Assembly: GCA_965238005.1 (NCBI GenBank)
Contig: OZ250165.1
Coordinates: forward strand, 3,104,001-3,168,000
Origin: Longimicrobiales bacterium
GTDB lineage: Bacteria; Gemmatimonadota; Gemmatimonadetes; Longimicrobiales; Gaopeijiaceae
Direction: 5' to 3'
Length of the DNA: 64,000 bases
Position 1 is the stretch's first letter, and the number at the start of each line of letters is the position of its first letter. Positions 19,224 through 29,196 of the stretch are shown here, in pieces. A program made the translations under genes and the position numbers. Under the pieces are notes generated by a model, which saw nothing but the letters and a program-made list of their open reading frames with translations, ran no database searches and was not told the origin of the DNA.

Positions 19224-20537
19224 TCACTCCGTTGCGGTCTTCCCCACCGTGAACCAACCCGCCAGCACCAATGCGGCGATCATCGCCCCCGCACCCACCG
19301 TCAGCCCGGGCTGGGTTCCTGCCAAGATGGCCAGAATCGCCACGTAGAGCACCACCGTGAGCCCTGGGAGCCATGGATGTCCCGGCACGCGGAACGGACG
19401 CTCGAGCTCGGGACGCTTGCTCCGAAGGCGGAAGTATCCCATGAGCACCATCGTGTCCACCGTGATGGCCACCATCATCATGAACTGGATGAGAAACTCG
19501 AAAGCACCAGTGAGCGCCAGAACGCCGATCCACGCCGAGATGAAGTAAAGGGCGTTCCGAGGCGTCCCGCGCTCGTCCACCCGGGTGAACGCCCCGAACG
19601 CTAGGCCGTGCTTGGCCAATCCGTAGGCCACCCGAGGCAGTCCCAGGAAGTTCACGTTGATGCTGCTGATCAGGATCAGGAGGCTGGCCAGAACGACCAC
19701 CGTCCCCGCCGCGCTCCCGAACACCTCGGCGATGGCGTCCTGGGCCACGAGCTCCGAGCCGGCCATCTCGGCCGGGGTGAGGGCCGCCAGGAACGCCACG
19801 TTCATGAGCAGATAGAGAGTTGCGACGGCCGCGGCTCCCCCCAGGAGGATCTTGGGCAGAGACCGGCCGGGATCCTGGACCTCCTCCGCCATCTTGGCCG
19901 CGTCTTCCCAGCCGTAGTACGCGAACGCCACGGCCTGGTAGGCGAGGGCGAAGCCCAGCAATCCCGATCCCTCGACGACGAGGGAGCCCGAGGTGAAGCC
20001 TGCCATGTCCCCGGCCCAGATGCCGGCTGCGGCGATGAGGAAGACCACCAGGACCTTGATGGCCGTGGTCACGTTCTGGAACACCGTGCTGGTCTTCAGA
20101 CCGCGGGTGTGGAGGAAGAAGAACGCCAGCGCCACGGCACCGGCCAGGATGGACACCGAGCCGCGCCCAGCAAGGATACGGATGTACTCGGCGATCACCA
20201 CCGCTTTGGCCGCACCCGAAAAGCCACGCGTGACCAGGAGCTCGGACCACCCGGCCACGAAGCCCATGACCGGCCCCCACGCCTCCCGGGCATACACGAA
20301 CTTGCCGCCGGCCTGGGGGAGGGACGCCGACATCTCGGCGAGGAGGAGGGTGCTGAGGGCCGCCACCACTCCCCCCAAGACCCACACGCCCAGGATGAAC
20401 CACGGGTCTCCCAGATAGCCGGCAATGAGCCCCGGCGTCCGGAGGATGCCGGCACCGATGACGATCCCGACAGTGACGGCCAGGCCGTCCCGGATTCGGA
20501 GCACGCGGGTTAGGGAGTAAGGCGACTCGGAACTCAT
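19224..20537 (-). CDS. APC-family amino acid permease
   Basis: GIVIGAGILRTP, FAYYGWE..AEEV, RPFRVPGHPWLP; about 12 TMs. Confidence 0.92.
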   Translation of the reverse strand: MSSESPYSLTRVLRIRDGLAVTVGIVIGAGILRTPGLIAGYLGDPWFILGVWVLGGVVAALSTLLLAEMSASLPQAGGKFVYAREAWGPVMGFVAGWSELLVTRGFSGAAKAVVIAEYIRILAGRGSVSILAGAVALAFFFLHTRGLKTSTVFQNVTTAIKVLVVFLIAAAGIWAGDMAGFTSGSLVVEGSGLLGFALAYQAVAFAYYGWEDAAKMAEEVQDPGRSLPKILLGGAAAVATLYLLMNVAFLAALTPAEMAGSELVAQDAIAEVFGSAAGTVVVLASLLILISSINVNFLGLPRVAYGLAKHGLAFGAFTRVDERGTPRNALYFISAWIGVLALTGAFEFLIQFMMMVAITVDTMVLMGYFRLRSKRPELERPFRVPGHPWLPGLTVVLYVAILAILAGTQPGLTVGAGAMIAALVLAGWFTVGKTATE

Positions 20538-20744
20538 GGCGTGGACTCCGGGGCGCCTGAGGAGCGGCGAAGGCCTTGGAACGCGGAACGGCCGCAAGCT
20601 ATTTCGACGGCGCTACCCAGGCCAGTAGACCGGACCTGCGTCAGGTTCGAGTGCCCCGAGGCGCCGGCCACGTCCTTGCTCCCCGCTCCGGCTGAAGTAG
20701 AATCCTGGAGTAGGACAGTCCGATTACCGCATTTGGACCCATGG

Positions 20745-21197
20745 ATGAAGCGATTGGAGATCGTGGCACTCGCGATGGCGGCAGCGGCGTGCGGCCCCGA
20801 GGATGCGAGCCAAGGGGAAGGCGCGAGTCAGATGGACGGAATAGCGGAGCCTTACGTGAGGCTCGTCTTGGCCGTCGGTGAGCACGATAGCGACTACGTC
20901 GATGCCTTTTACGGCCCTGCGGAGTGGCGTGACCAGGCATCTGAGGAGGGTCTGCCGCAGATCGACGGCGAAGAAGCCGCCGCCTGGCTCCAGCAGTACG
21001 CCATGTTCAGCCCCGAGGGCGCCAGACAGCGGATGCGGTTCGTGGACCAGTACCGCAGCTACGTGATCAACTACAATCTCGGTCAGGATCTGGTGAGGGG
21101 GTTCGTGGACGGGGATGGCGAGACCAGGGCCCGGGAGGACCGATGGGTCCGGTTCATTCAGCTCCTGACATCGCCGCGGTTGCCGGGAGATCTATAG
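20745..21197 (+). pseudogene. Lipoprotein with probable large in-frame internal deletion
   Basis: Lipobox AAAC; YVRLVLAVGEHD.DYVDAFYGP joined directly to RFVDQYRSYVINYNLG, which I recall as the two ends of a much longer lipoprotein family. Confidence 0.6.
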
Positions 21198-21292
21198 AGG
21201 AACGACAGAATTTGGAACGACGAAGAACGGCCGCGCCCGAACCGGGTAATGCAGTCGAAAACGCAACTTTTCTGCTTGGATGTGAGGGTCTC

Positions 21293-23722
21293 ATGAGACG
21301 GATTGTCTACGGGCTACTGGCGATTTTCATCGCCACAGGATGGGGAACGACGGTGTCGGCGTCGGCGCAGTCGATGGCGGCTGGCGACCGATCCAACGCC
21401 GCTGCGCCCGGGTACGGTGGTGCCGTTGTGGTAAGCGACGGCGACGTCCTCGTGGGTGAGGCGGGCAACATGATCGGGCCCGGGGCCGTGTACGTGTACC
21501 GGAAGGGATCGCAGGGCTGGGAGGAGGTTGCACGCCTTCACGCATCCAACGGTTACCGAGGTGACGGGTTCGGTACGGCCATCGCAGTGGACGGCGGGAC
21601 CATGCTGGTCAGCACCCGGCCCCAGGCCCAGATCGACGGCTCAGCCGCCGTGTACGTGTTCGAGCGGTCTGCCCCGGGGAGTTGGGCCGAAGTCGGCCGT
21701 CTCCCGGAGGTCGACGTGGACGCCGACGCCGGCTATGGGACCTCACTGGCGTTCAACAACGGCATGGCCTTGGTGGGCGCACCTGCCCTCCAGGCCGCCG
21801 GCGGTCGGGGTGGCAACCAGCTTGGCCAGTCGACCGGTGAAGGCGCGCTCTACGTCTTCAGCGGCTCGGGCGACACCTGGACCGAAGGGGGCCGGCTCAC
21901 GGCCGGTGATGCCGGCAACGCTTTCGGCGCCAGCCTGTCCGTGCAGTCGGGCCGGCTCCTGGTGGGCGCGCCCCTCGCCGACGGTACCGGAGCCGTCTAC
22001 GCGTTTCGCATGGACGGGGGTGGTTGGCAGCAGGAGGGTACCCTTTCGATCCGGGGACTGGTAGCCGATGACGCTTTCGGCGCGTCGGTGAGCATAGACG
22101 GTGACCAGGCCCTGGTATCCGCACCCGGCCGGAATGAGGCCGAAGGGGCGGTCTTCGCCTTCCGACAGGATCCCGGCAGCGGTGAGTGGAGCCCCGCGGG
22201 CCAGCTCCTCCCCTTCGACGGATCTCAAGAGGACGGCTTCGGCTTGACCGTCGCCCTGGGTGGGAGCGAGGTATGGATCGGCTCGCCGCGAGCCGGCGGC
22301 CGGCGGGGCGCAGCCTACGTTTTCTCGGGAGGGATCTCCAAGGGCTGGACCGCGGCCACGAAGGTCGTGAACAGCGACCCCCGCTCGGGTGACGGCTTCG
22401 CGTCGGCTCTGGACGTGGAGGGCGACGTGGCCGTCGTTGGGGTGATGGGCGCGGACCATGGGGTCGGAACCGCCACCATCTTCGAGCGTGGTGACCAAGG
22501 CTGGGAGATGGCCGGCTCTCTCACGGGTGAGCTGGAGCAGTACGCCGCGGTTCTTGGAGAGCAGGTAGATTGCTCCGATGGCGCCGCCACCGCCTTCGAG
22601 TGCGCCGACTACGACCTGGTGTCCTTCCTCCCCGTGGGAGACATGGGCGTTCCGCGAGGGGTCAATCTGAACGACATCTGGGGATGGACGGATCCCGAGA
22701 CGGGCCGGGAGTACGCCCTGGCGGGTCGCCGGGACGGCGTGTCCTTCGTGGACGTCACCGATCCCCTCCACCCGCGCTACCTGGGGCAACTCCTGAGGAC
22801 CGAGGGATCGCCCCTGGCCGCGTGGAGGGACATCAAGGTCTACAAAGACCACGCCTACATCGTGGCGGACGGCTCGGGCCTCCACGGCATCCAAATCTTC
22901 GACCTGACCCAACTCCGCGACGTGACCGAGCCGGTGACGTTCGACGAGACGGCGCACTACGACGGCGTGGCCAGTGTCCACAACATCGCCATCAACGAGG
23001 AGACAGGCTTCGCGTACAGCATCGGGAACAGCTCGGGCGGAGAGACGTGCGGCGGCGGGATTCACATCATCGATATCAAGGAGCCTACGAGTCCGACTTT
23101 CGCCGGGTGCTTCTCCCAGCCGGGCACGGGCCGCAACGGTACAGGCTACACCCACGACGCCCAATGCGTGACCTATCACGGCCCCGACGAGGAGCACCAG
23201 GGCAAGCAGATCTGCTTCGGATCCAACGAGACGGCCCTCAGCATCGCGGACGTCACGGACCCCGCCAACACCATGGCCCTCGGCCTGGCGACCTACCCGG
23301 ACGTGGCGTACACCCACCAGGGCTGGCTCACCGAGGACCAGCGGTACTTCTTCCAGGGAGACGAGCTCGACGAGGACAACGTGCGTAAGACGCGCACGCT
23401 CGTCTGGGACGTCTCGGACCTGGACGACCCACAGCTCGCCAAAGAGTTCTGGGGGACCCACGAGTCCACGGACCACAACATGTACGTCCTGGGCAACCTC
23501 CTCTACCAGTCCAACAACCGTGCAGGACTGCGCGTGCTCGATATCAGCGATCCCGAGAACCCGGTGGAGGTGGGATACTTCGATACCGTGCCCCATGGCG
23601 ACAACGGGACCGGATCGGGCGGATCGTGGAGCAACTATCCCTACTTCGAGAGCGGGATCGTCGTCGTCAGCAGCCGATTCGAAGGGCTCTTCATCCTCAA
23701 GAAAAGGCGGCCCATCATGTGA
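21293..23722 (+). CDS. Secreted FG-GAP repeat + choice-of-anchor B (LVIVD-like) protein
   Basis: Signal peptide; repeated FGxxxA..G..LLVGAP...GAVYVF; NDIWGWTDPETGREYA, WRDIKVY, WSNYPYF. Confidence 0.88.
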   Translation: MRRIVYGLLAIFIATGWGTTVSASAQSMAAGDRSNAAAPGYGGAVVVSDGDVLVGEAGNMIGPGAVYVYRKGSQGWEEVARLHASNGYRGDGFGTAIAVDGGTMLVSTRPQAQIDGSAAVYVFERSAPGSWAEVGRLPEVDVDADAGYGTSLAFNNGMALVGAPALQAAGGRGGNQLGQSTGEGALYVFSGSGDTWTEGGRLTAGDAGNAFGASLSVQSGRLLVGAPLADGTGAVYAFRMDGGGWQQEGTLSIRGLVADDAFGASVSIDGDQALVSAPGRNEAEGAVFAFRQDPGSGEWSPAGQLLPFDGSQEDGFGLTVALGGSEVWIGSPRAGGRRGAAYVFSGGISKGWTAATKVVNSDPRSGDGFASALDVEGDVAVVGVMGADHGVGTATIFERGDQGWEMAGSLTGELEQYAAVLGEQVDCSDGAATAFECADYDLVSFLPVGDMGVPRGVNLNDIWGWTDPETGREYALAGRRDGVSFVDVTDPLHPRYLGQLLRTEGSPLAAWRDIKVYKDHAYIVADGSGLHGIQIFDLTQLRDVTEPVTFDETAHYDGVASVHNIAINEETGFAYSIGNSSGGETCGGGIHIIDIKEPTSPTFAGCFSQPGTGRNGTGYTHDAQCVTYHGPDEEHQGKQICFGSNETALSIADVTDPANTMALGLATYPDVAYTHQGWLTEDQRYFFQGDELDEDNVRKTRTLVWDVSDLDDPQLAKEFWGTHESTDHNMYVLGNLLYQSNNRAGLRVLDISDPENPVEVGYFDTVPHGDNGTGSGGSWSNYPYFESGIVVVSSRFEGLFILKKRRPIM

Positions 23723-23781
23723 GCGCAGTGGGCCACGGCCGTACGAGCTCACGGCTTCTCCACAACCCATCCTCCGGTCGA

Positions 23782-24828
23782 ATGAACGCCATCCTTCGCA
23801 GACGGATCAGGTCCACGGTGACCTTCGTCATCCTTGGCGCCATCGCAGGACTCCTGATCGGGCTCGTGGTCAGCCGGCTCGATGAGGCGATCGTGTTCTG
23901 GGGCGGTGTGCGGGGGATCTGCATCGGGATCCTCATCGGGCTTTTCCTAGGTGCCGGTGAGGAGTTCATGGTACCCCGCTTGAGCCGGAAGCTGAGCTTC
24001 TTGATGCTCAACCTCACCCGGGTGCTCTCCTACGCCGCCATCACCCTCATGGCGCTGGTTCTCGTGAATGCCTTCGCCTTCTCCTGGGCGTCGGGGAGGA
24101 CTCTCGGGGATGCGGCGTCGCTCTACCTAAGCGACGGGAGCGCGGTCCGCGACCTGGTTGTCGCCATCATAGCTGCCATCACCCTCACCTCGGCCCTTCA
24201 GGTCCGACGCCTGCACAACAAGGGCGAGATCAAGCGGCTCCTGACGGGGAAGTACTACTATCCCCAGGAGGAGTCCCGCGTCTTCCTGTTCGCCGACCTC
24301 GCCAGCTCGACGACCCACGCCGAGCGCTTGGGACCCCTGAGCTACAGCATGATGCTCCGGGATCTCTTCACCGACGTATCGGAAGCCATCCTCGCCTGGC
24401 ATGGTGAGGTGTATCAGTACGCTGGGGACGAGGTCATCATCAGCTGGCAGATGGAGCGGGGGGTACGAGACGCCGCATGTGTCCAGTGCTTCGTCGAGAT
24501 GGTCGCCTCCCTCGAGGAGCGCGCTAACCAGTATCGAGTCCGCTACGAGCTCGAGCCCGAGCTCCGCGGTGCCGTCCACGGCGGACAGGTGGTGACCGCA
24601 TGGGTGGGGGAGGCGAAGAAGGAGCTGGCATTCCACGGCGACACGCTGAACGCCACGGCTCGGATCCTGTCACTCTGCAAGGACCGGGGGGCCCGACTTC
24701 TCGTCTCCCAAGAGATCCTCGACCTTCTGACACTGCCCCCCAGGCTCGTAGCCACGTCCGTGGGCGAGGTGGAGCTGCGAGGGAAGCGGGAGCTCGTTCG
24801 CCTGTCTTCGGTAGCGTCACTGAGGTGA
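23782..24828 (+). CDS. Membrane-bound class III adenylate/guanylate cyclase
   Basis: Four TMs; FLFADLASST, YQYAGDEV, FHGDTLNATARI, LRGK. Confidence 0.9.
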   Translation: MNAILRRRIRSTVTFVILGAIAGLLIGLVVSRLDEAIVFWGGVRGICIGILIGLFLGAGEEFMVPRLSRKLSFLMLNLTRVLSYAAITLMALVLVNAFAFSWASGRTLGDAASLYLSDGSAVRDLVVAIIAAITLTSALQVRRLHNKGEIKRLLTGKYYYPQEESRVFLFADLASSTTHAERLGPLSYSMMLRDLFTDVSEAILAWHGEVYQYAGDEVIISWQMERGVRDAACVQCFVEMVASLEERANQYRVRYELEPELRGAVHGGQVVTAWVGEAKKELAFHGDTLNATARILSLCKDRGARLLVSQEILDLLTLPPRLVATSVGEVELRGKRELVRLSSVASLR

Positions 24829-24996
24829 TGGACATCGTCTTCACGTACTGGATGGACGCAGCACCGCCGCGCGGATGCTACGGGTCGCTACGAGGGTGAT
24901 GGATCCGATCTTCAGGGCCTCGCGGGGAAACCGGTTCTACTCCTGGTCGGGGAGCTCGACGGTGGTGAGCGAGGCACTCGGCCACGGACCGCGCGC

Positions 24997-25135
24997 ATGA
25001 GATACGCGTCCTCCTCGTCGACCTGATCGGCAACACCCCCCTGCTCGCCCTCGATCGCATCAACACGGACCGTCCCGTCCTGTGGATGATCCAGGAGGCC
25101 GAGGGGCGCGGAGACATCGGCCCCGCCCCTGGGCA
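24997..25135 (+). pseudogene. Cysteine synthase family N-terminal remnant
   Basis: Fragments VDLIGNTPLLALDRI and WMIQEAEGRGDI; the PLP-lysine segment is deleted. Confidence 0.6.
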
Positions 25136-25382
25136 CCCGGGGAACGCTGTGCGGCGTATCCGAAGCGCTGAAGCCGAAGAAGGCGGAGCTCTGGGTTGTC
25201 GGCGTGGAGCCGGAAGAGGCGCCCTTCGTCTCCGAAGGTCGAAGGGCTGTTCGACGTGGACTGACATCCTCCGGAGACCATTCTCCGAGTCACCGAAAAC
25301 ACTTCCAGGATTCGGAAAAGATTTCCGGCGAACGCCGTTTCGCTTCCGGCGGCTCTACTTTCCGAGACTCGATCCTCGCTCC

Positions 25383-25398
25383 TGGCATGGCCGTTGCA
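25383..25398 (+). promoter_or_regulatory. Putative sigma-54 (-24/-12) promoter
   Basis: TGGCATGGCCGTTGCA has exact GG-N10-GC spacing; dyads lie upstream at 25272-25327. Confidence 0.7.
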
Positions 25399-25559
25399 AT
25401 GGTTCTGTCACGGAAAGGTCCGTGCGCGGAGATGCGCATAAGGTCTACGCTGAGCATTTGGGCCATGGCGCATCGGAGCGCACGCGCCGGAACACGGGTG
25501 AAGCGGTAGGCAAGAAGCAGTGATCTCCGGCGTTTCGCGAAAGATGCTCGGAGGTCGAG

Positions 25560-27077
25560 ATGAGACGAATACGGCTTACGGAAGGCAAGGGGCGACTCTT
25601 CGCCCTTACGCTGGCCGCCGCGTCCATCCTCCCTCTCACCGATGCGTCGGCTGCCGTGACGGCGTCACCGTCCAGTGGCGGCGGCGTGGATCAGCAAGCC
25701 GAGATCGAGGGCACCGCCTCGGCACTCCAGCTCGGAAACGCCTTCGCCGCGGTGGCCGACGCCGTTCAGCCAGCTGTCGTCTTCATAAGGGTCGAGACGG
25801 TGACCACGGGACTCCGGCCACCGCGGGGCATGCCGACAAGTCTGCAGGACGCCTTCGCCGGTGTGTTTCCCCGCTCCAGCACCACCACGGGAACGGGGTT
25901 CATCATCCTCCCCGACGGCTACATCGTCACCAACCATCACGTCGTCGACGGCGCGCGTCGCGTGTTCGTGCGTCTCTTCGACGGTCGTGAGTACGAAGCC
26001 GAGATCGTCGGAGAGGACGCTCTTAGCGACATCGCGGTCCTGCGGATCGACGAGACCGATCTCCCGACGGCGTTCCTGGGCGACTCCGATCAGGTTCGAG
26101 TGGGCGAGTGGGTCCTGGCCATCGGCAACCCCATGGGGAACACGCTCATGTTCAGCGTGACGGCCGGAATCGTGAGCGCCACCGACCGTTCCATAGTCTT
26201 GCGCGGCTCGGCGGGCTCGGTGCAGGAATTCATCCAGACCGACGCCGTAGCCAACAGCGGCAACTCGGGGGGCCCATTAGTGGACCTCTACGGCCACATC
26301 GTCGGCATGAACTCGGCCATCGCGAGCCGGTCCGGATACTATCAGGGGTACACCTTGGCCATCCCGGCCAACCTAATCCTCCCGGTCGTATCGCAGCTCA
26401 TTGAACAGGGGCATGTCACACGGGGTGTGCTGGGCGCGGCCACGTCCCGGGCGACCGTGGAGGACGCGGTCGCCGTGGGCCTCGACACCGTCTGTGGCGT
26501 CGTGGTGCAGGACGTGGGCGACGAGAACAGCCCGGCGTACCGATCGGGGCTCCGCCCGGGCGACGTGATCGTCGAAGTCGACGGTTGGCGTGTGATGTCC
26601 GTGGCCCAGTTCCAACGGAGCATCTGGTTCAAGGCGCCGGGCGACAGCGTAGTCCTGCTGGTGCATCGGGACGCCGGTGTCCCCGAGACCCTGACGGTGT
26701 ATCTGGGCGCCGAGGAGACCGATGATCGTACGGTTTCGGCGCGGGCGGAGCACAGCCAGCGTGAAATGGAGTTGCCGTGCGCAAACAACCCGCTTGGTGT
26801 CTGCCTCGTGGCGTTCGAGAAGGCGCTCGGCCTGCCGAGGAACATCGACGCGGAGGACGCCGGACCCGTGGTGACGGGCGTCTACCCGGCCGGCCCGTCC
26901 TATGGCAAGATCTTCGCCGACTACGACATCATCACCCACGTCCACGACGTGCGCGTTCGTTCCGAGCGCGATCTCGAGGACGCACTGCGCGACGCCAACG
27001 AGGGTGACATCGTGTCTGTCCAGACCTACCGCTTCCACTCGGACGAAACCGGATTCGCCCGAATCCGAATTCGTTGA
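25560..27077 (+). CDS. HtrA/DegP-like serine protease with PDZ domains
   Basis: Signal peptide; TNHHV, DIAVL, GNSGGPL catalytic triad; two PDZ-like regions. Confidence 0.92.
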   Translation: MRRIRLTEGKGRLFALTLAAASILPLTDASAAVTASPSSGGGVDQQAEIEGTASALQLGNAFAAVADAVQPAVVFIRVETVTTGLRPPRGMPTSLQDAFAGVFPRSSTTTGTGFIILPDGYIVTNHHVVDGARRVFVRLFDGREYEAEIVGEDALSDIAVLRIDETDLPTAFLGDSDQVRVGEWVLAIGNPMGNTLMFSVTAGIVSATDRSIVLRGSAGSVQEFIQTDAVANSGNSGGPLVDLYGHIVGMNSAIASRSGYYQGYTLAIPANLILPVVSQLIEQGHVTRGVLGAATSRATVEDAVAVGLDTVCGVVVQDVGDENSPAYRSGLRPGDVIVEVDGWRVMSVAQFQRSIWFKAPGDSVVLLVHRDAGVPETLTVYLGAEETDDRTVSARAEHSQREMELPCANNPLGVCLVAFEKALGLPRNIDAEDAGPVVTGVYPAGPSYGKIFADYDIITHVHDVRVRSERDLEDALRDANEGDIVSVQTYRFHSDETGFARIRIR

Positions 27078-27302
27078 CTTACTCCGCTTGCGGCGGTACG
27101 ACCTCTGCCGAGAAGCACGGCTTCACGAGCGTAAGATCATGGGACGGATTGGCGGACTACGTTCGAAGCCGGATGGAAGAGGGTGTGACGACGCTTTATT
27201 TGGATGTGTCACGACGTCCGGAGTCGATGGGCAATCCACGGGGGTTCCGCCCCGTTGCGGGCTCGACTTCGCTTTAGCGCACCGCCGTCTTTCGGAGAGG
27301 CA

Positions 27303-27512
27303 GCCCGCACACACTGGCACCGCCACGACGACGTCTAGGTCCTCTTCGGCCTCAGCGGGAAGTGCGTGGTGGTGAACCGTATGGGAAGCGAGGTCCCGCT
27401 GAAACCGGGCGATGTGGTCGTCATCGATCCCGAAGAAGAGCATCGGCACGGGGCGGCGCCGGGGACGGACGGGGAGCACCTCGCCATCAATCTGGGGTCC
27501 GACACGACCTAG
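27303..27512 (+). pseudogene. Cupin-domain protein with two amber stops, interrupted by IS copy 2
   Basis: ARTHWHRHDDV*VLF...LKPGDVVVIDPEEEHRHGAAP...HLAINLGSDTT*; frame continues LDA after the IS. Confidence 0.75.
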
Positions 27513-29113
27513 GAGTCTGCGCCGCAGAAGCACAGCTGACTGAGCCGAATGGTCATCGAGCCGTCCGCGGCGAGGCGGATCCGGGTGATTGGGAGGTTGA
27601 GGACTTGTGTCTGCGACGGATCGGGAGAGCGGAATGGATGCGTTGGGGGGGCAAGAGAGCTACGAGAGCCCTCGCGCCGGCAGATGCGGGTGAACCCTCG
27701 TGCAGTCATGCCGCCTGAAGGGTGTGCAGCCGCTTCACATTGAGTGCCAGGCACACGAGGGTCCACTCGGCCCGGACCTTCTCGAGGCCCCGGAAGCTGA
27801 ATCGTCGAAAGCCCATCACTTCCTTGATCCAGCCGATGGGCGCCTCGGCCTGCGACTTTCGCCGTGCGTAGCGTCTGCGGCCATCTTCGCTCGCCAGCTT
27901 CTCCGCCATGCGGACTTTCGCCGGATATTCCTCCTTGTCAACCGTGGGGGCGGCCTTGCCCTCCCGGGCCAGCGCCACATACCCGTCGATGTCTCGCTCT
28001 TCCAGTTCCTCGAGATCCCGCTCGTTGCAATAGCCCGTGTCCGCCAGCACCTGCGCCGGCGTCTCGCCGTACGCTTGCGCCACCGCGTCGACCATGGGCA
28101 CCAGCTGGCCCTGGTCGCTCGCGTTGTCCGTCACCTCGGCCCCGACCACCAGCTGGTTCTCCCCCTCCACGACCGTCTGTGCGTTGTAGCACTGCTGGAA
28201 CCCCTCCGAACTCGTCTTCATGATCCGGCTCTCAGGGTCCGTGAAGTTGCTCTGCGCCGCCTCGTCCGGCTCTCCGTACTCCCGCTTGTAGGGCCTGCCG
28301 CCCTTCGGGTTGCGCGTCTGCCCCGGCTTGCGGCCCCGTGCGTCGTCCGCCGCTCTCTGCTCGGCTTCCAGGCGCGCCTTCGCCTCCCGGATCGCCGCCA
28401 GCCGGTCCTCGCGCCGCTTGAGCTCCTCCGGCACCTCGTCTCCGCATGCTTCCTCGCCGTAGCGCTCGTCTTCCGCTTCGTCCACCGCCTCGGCCCTCTC
28501 CAACAGCCCCCGGATCTCCGCCTCCAGCCGAGGCTCCCCGGTCACCATCCGGCCGTAGCTCATCGCCTTGCGCTTGTTCGCGTTCGCCCGAACCTTCGTC
28601 CCGTCCACCGACACCCTGCCAAGCCCCGCCAGCCCCAAGGCCCGCGCGAGCATCACCACCTCCACAAACACCGCCCGGAAATCCCCGAGATGGCACTTGC
28701 GGAACTCGCACAGCGTCCGGTGCTTCGGGAAGTTCTCCGCCGCCAGCATCCGAAACGCGACATCCTCCTCCAGCTTCCTCGCCATCTTCCGCGACGAGAA
28801 GGTGCCCGTCGCATACGCGTAGATCAGCACCTTGACCATCATCCGAGGGTCGTACGGCGAGTTGCGCCGCCCGTCCCCCCGGTACCGCCCGTAGAACGCG
28901 CTCAGCTCCACCGCGTCCACCAGGTCGCTCACATGGTGCGCCAAATGACCCTCCGACACCCACTCCCGAAGATCCGGAGGCAGCAACAACATCTGCTCCG
29001 GATCGTACGGTCGAAATGTCGTTCCCATTCACCCCCCTCGGTGATCCGCAAGCCTTCCCAATGCCTTCGCTACCACCAAAGATAGCCGCCGCAGGGTTCT
29101 GCGGCGCAGACTC
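27513..29113 (-). mobile_element. IS1182-family insertion sequence, copy 2 (inverted)
   Basis: Same 17-bp TIRs; CTAG at 27509-12 and 29114-17; near-identical to copy 1. Confidence 0.93.
27706..29028 (-). CDS. IS1182-family DDE transposase
   Basis: 440 aa; differs from copy 1 at two residues (R/C, M/T). Confidence 0.93.
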   Translation of the reverse strand: MGTTFRPYDPEQMLLLPPDLREWVSEGHLAHHVSDLVDAVELSAFYGRYRGDGRRNSPYDPRMMVKVLIYAYATGTFSSRKMARKLEEDVAFRMLAAENFPKHRTLCEFRKCHLGDFRAVFVEVVMLARALGLAGLGRVSVDGTKVRANANKRKAMSYGRMVTGEPRLEAEIRGLLERAEAVDEAEDERYGEEACGDEVPEELKRREDRLAAIREAKARLEAEQRAADDARGRKPGQTRNPKGGRPYKREYGEPDEAAQSNFTDPESRIMKTSSEGFQQCYNAQTVVEGENQLVVGAEVTDNASDQGQLVPMVDAVAQAYGETPAQVLADTGYCNERDLEELEERDIDGYVALAREGKAAPTVDKEEYPAKVRMAEKLASEDGRRRYARRKSQAEAPIGWIKEVMGFRRFSFRGLEKVRAEWTLVCLALNVKRLHTLQAA

Positions 29114-29196
29114 CTAGCTCGATGCCAGCTGACGAGCGATGGTGCCGCGTCGATCATCCTCGCCGCGTGATCCGGTTCAACTCCACGTGATGCAGT

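Noticed and set aside
17054..27508. Segment already inverted between the IS copies
   Set aside because: The cupin reading frame continues across IS copy 2, so its flanks appear native
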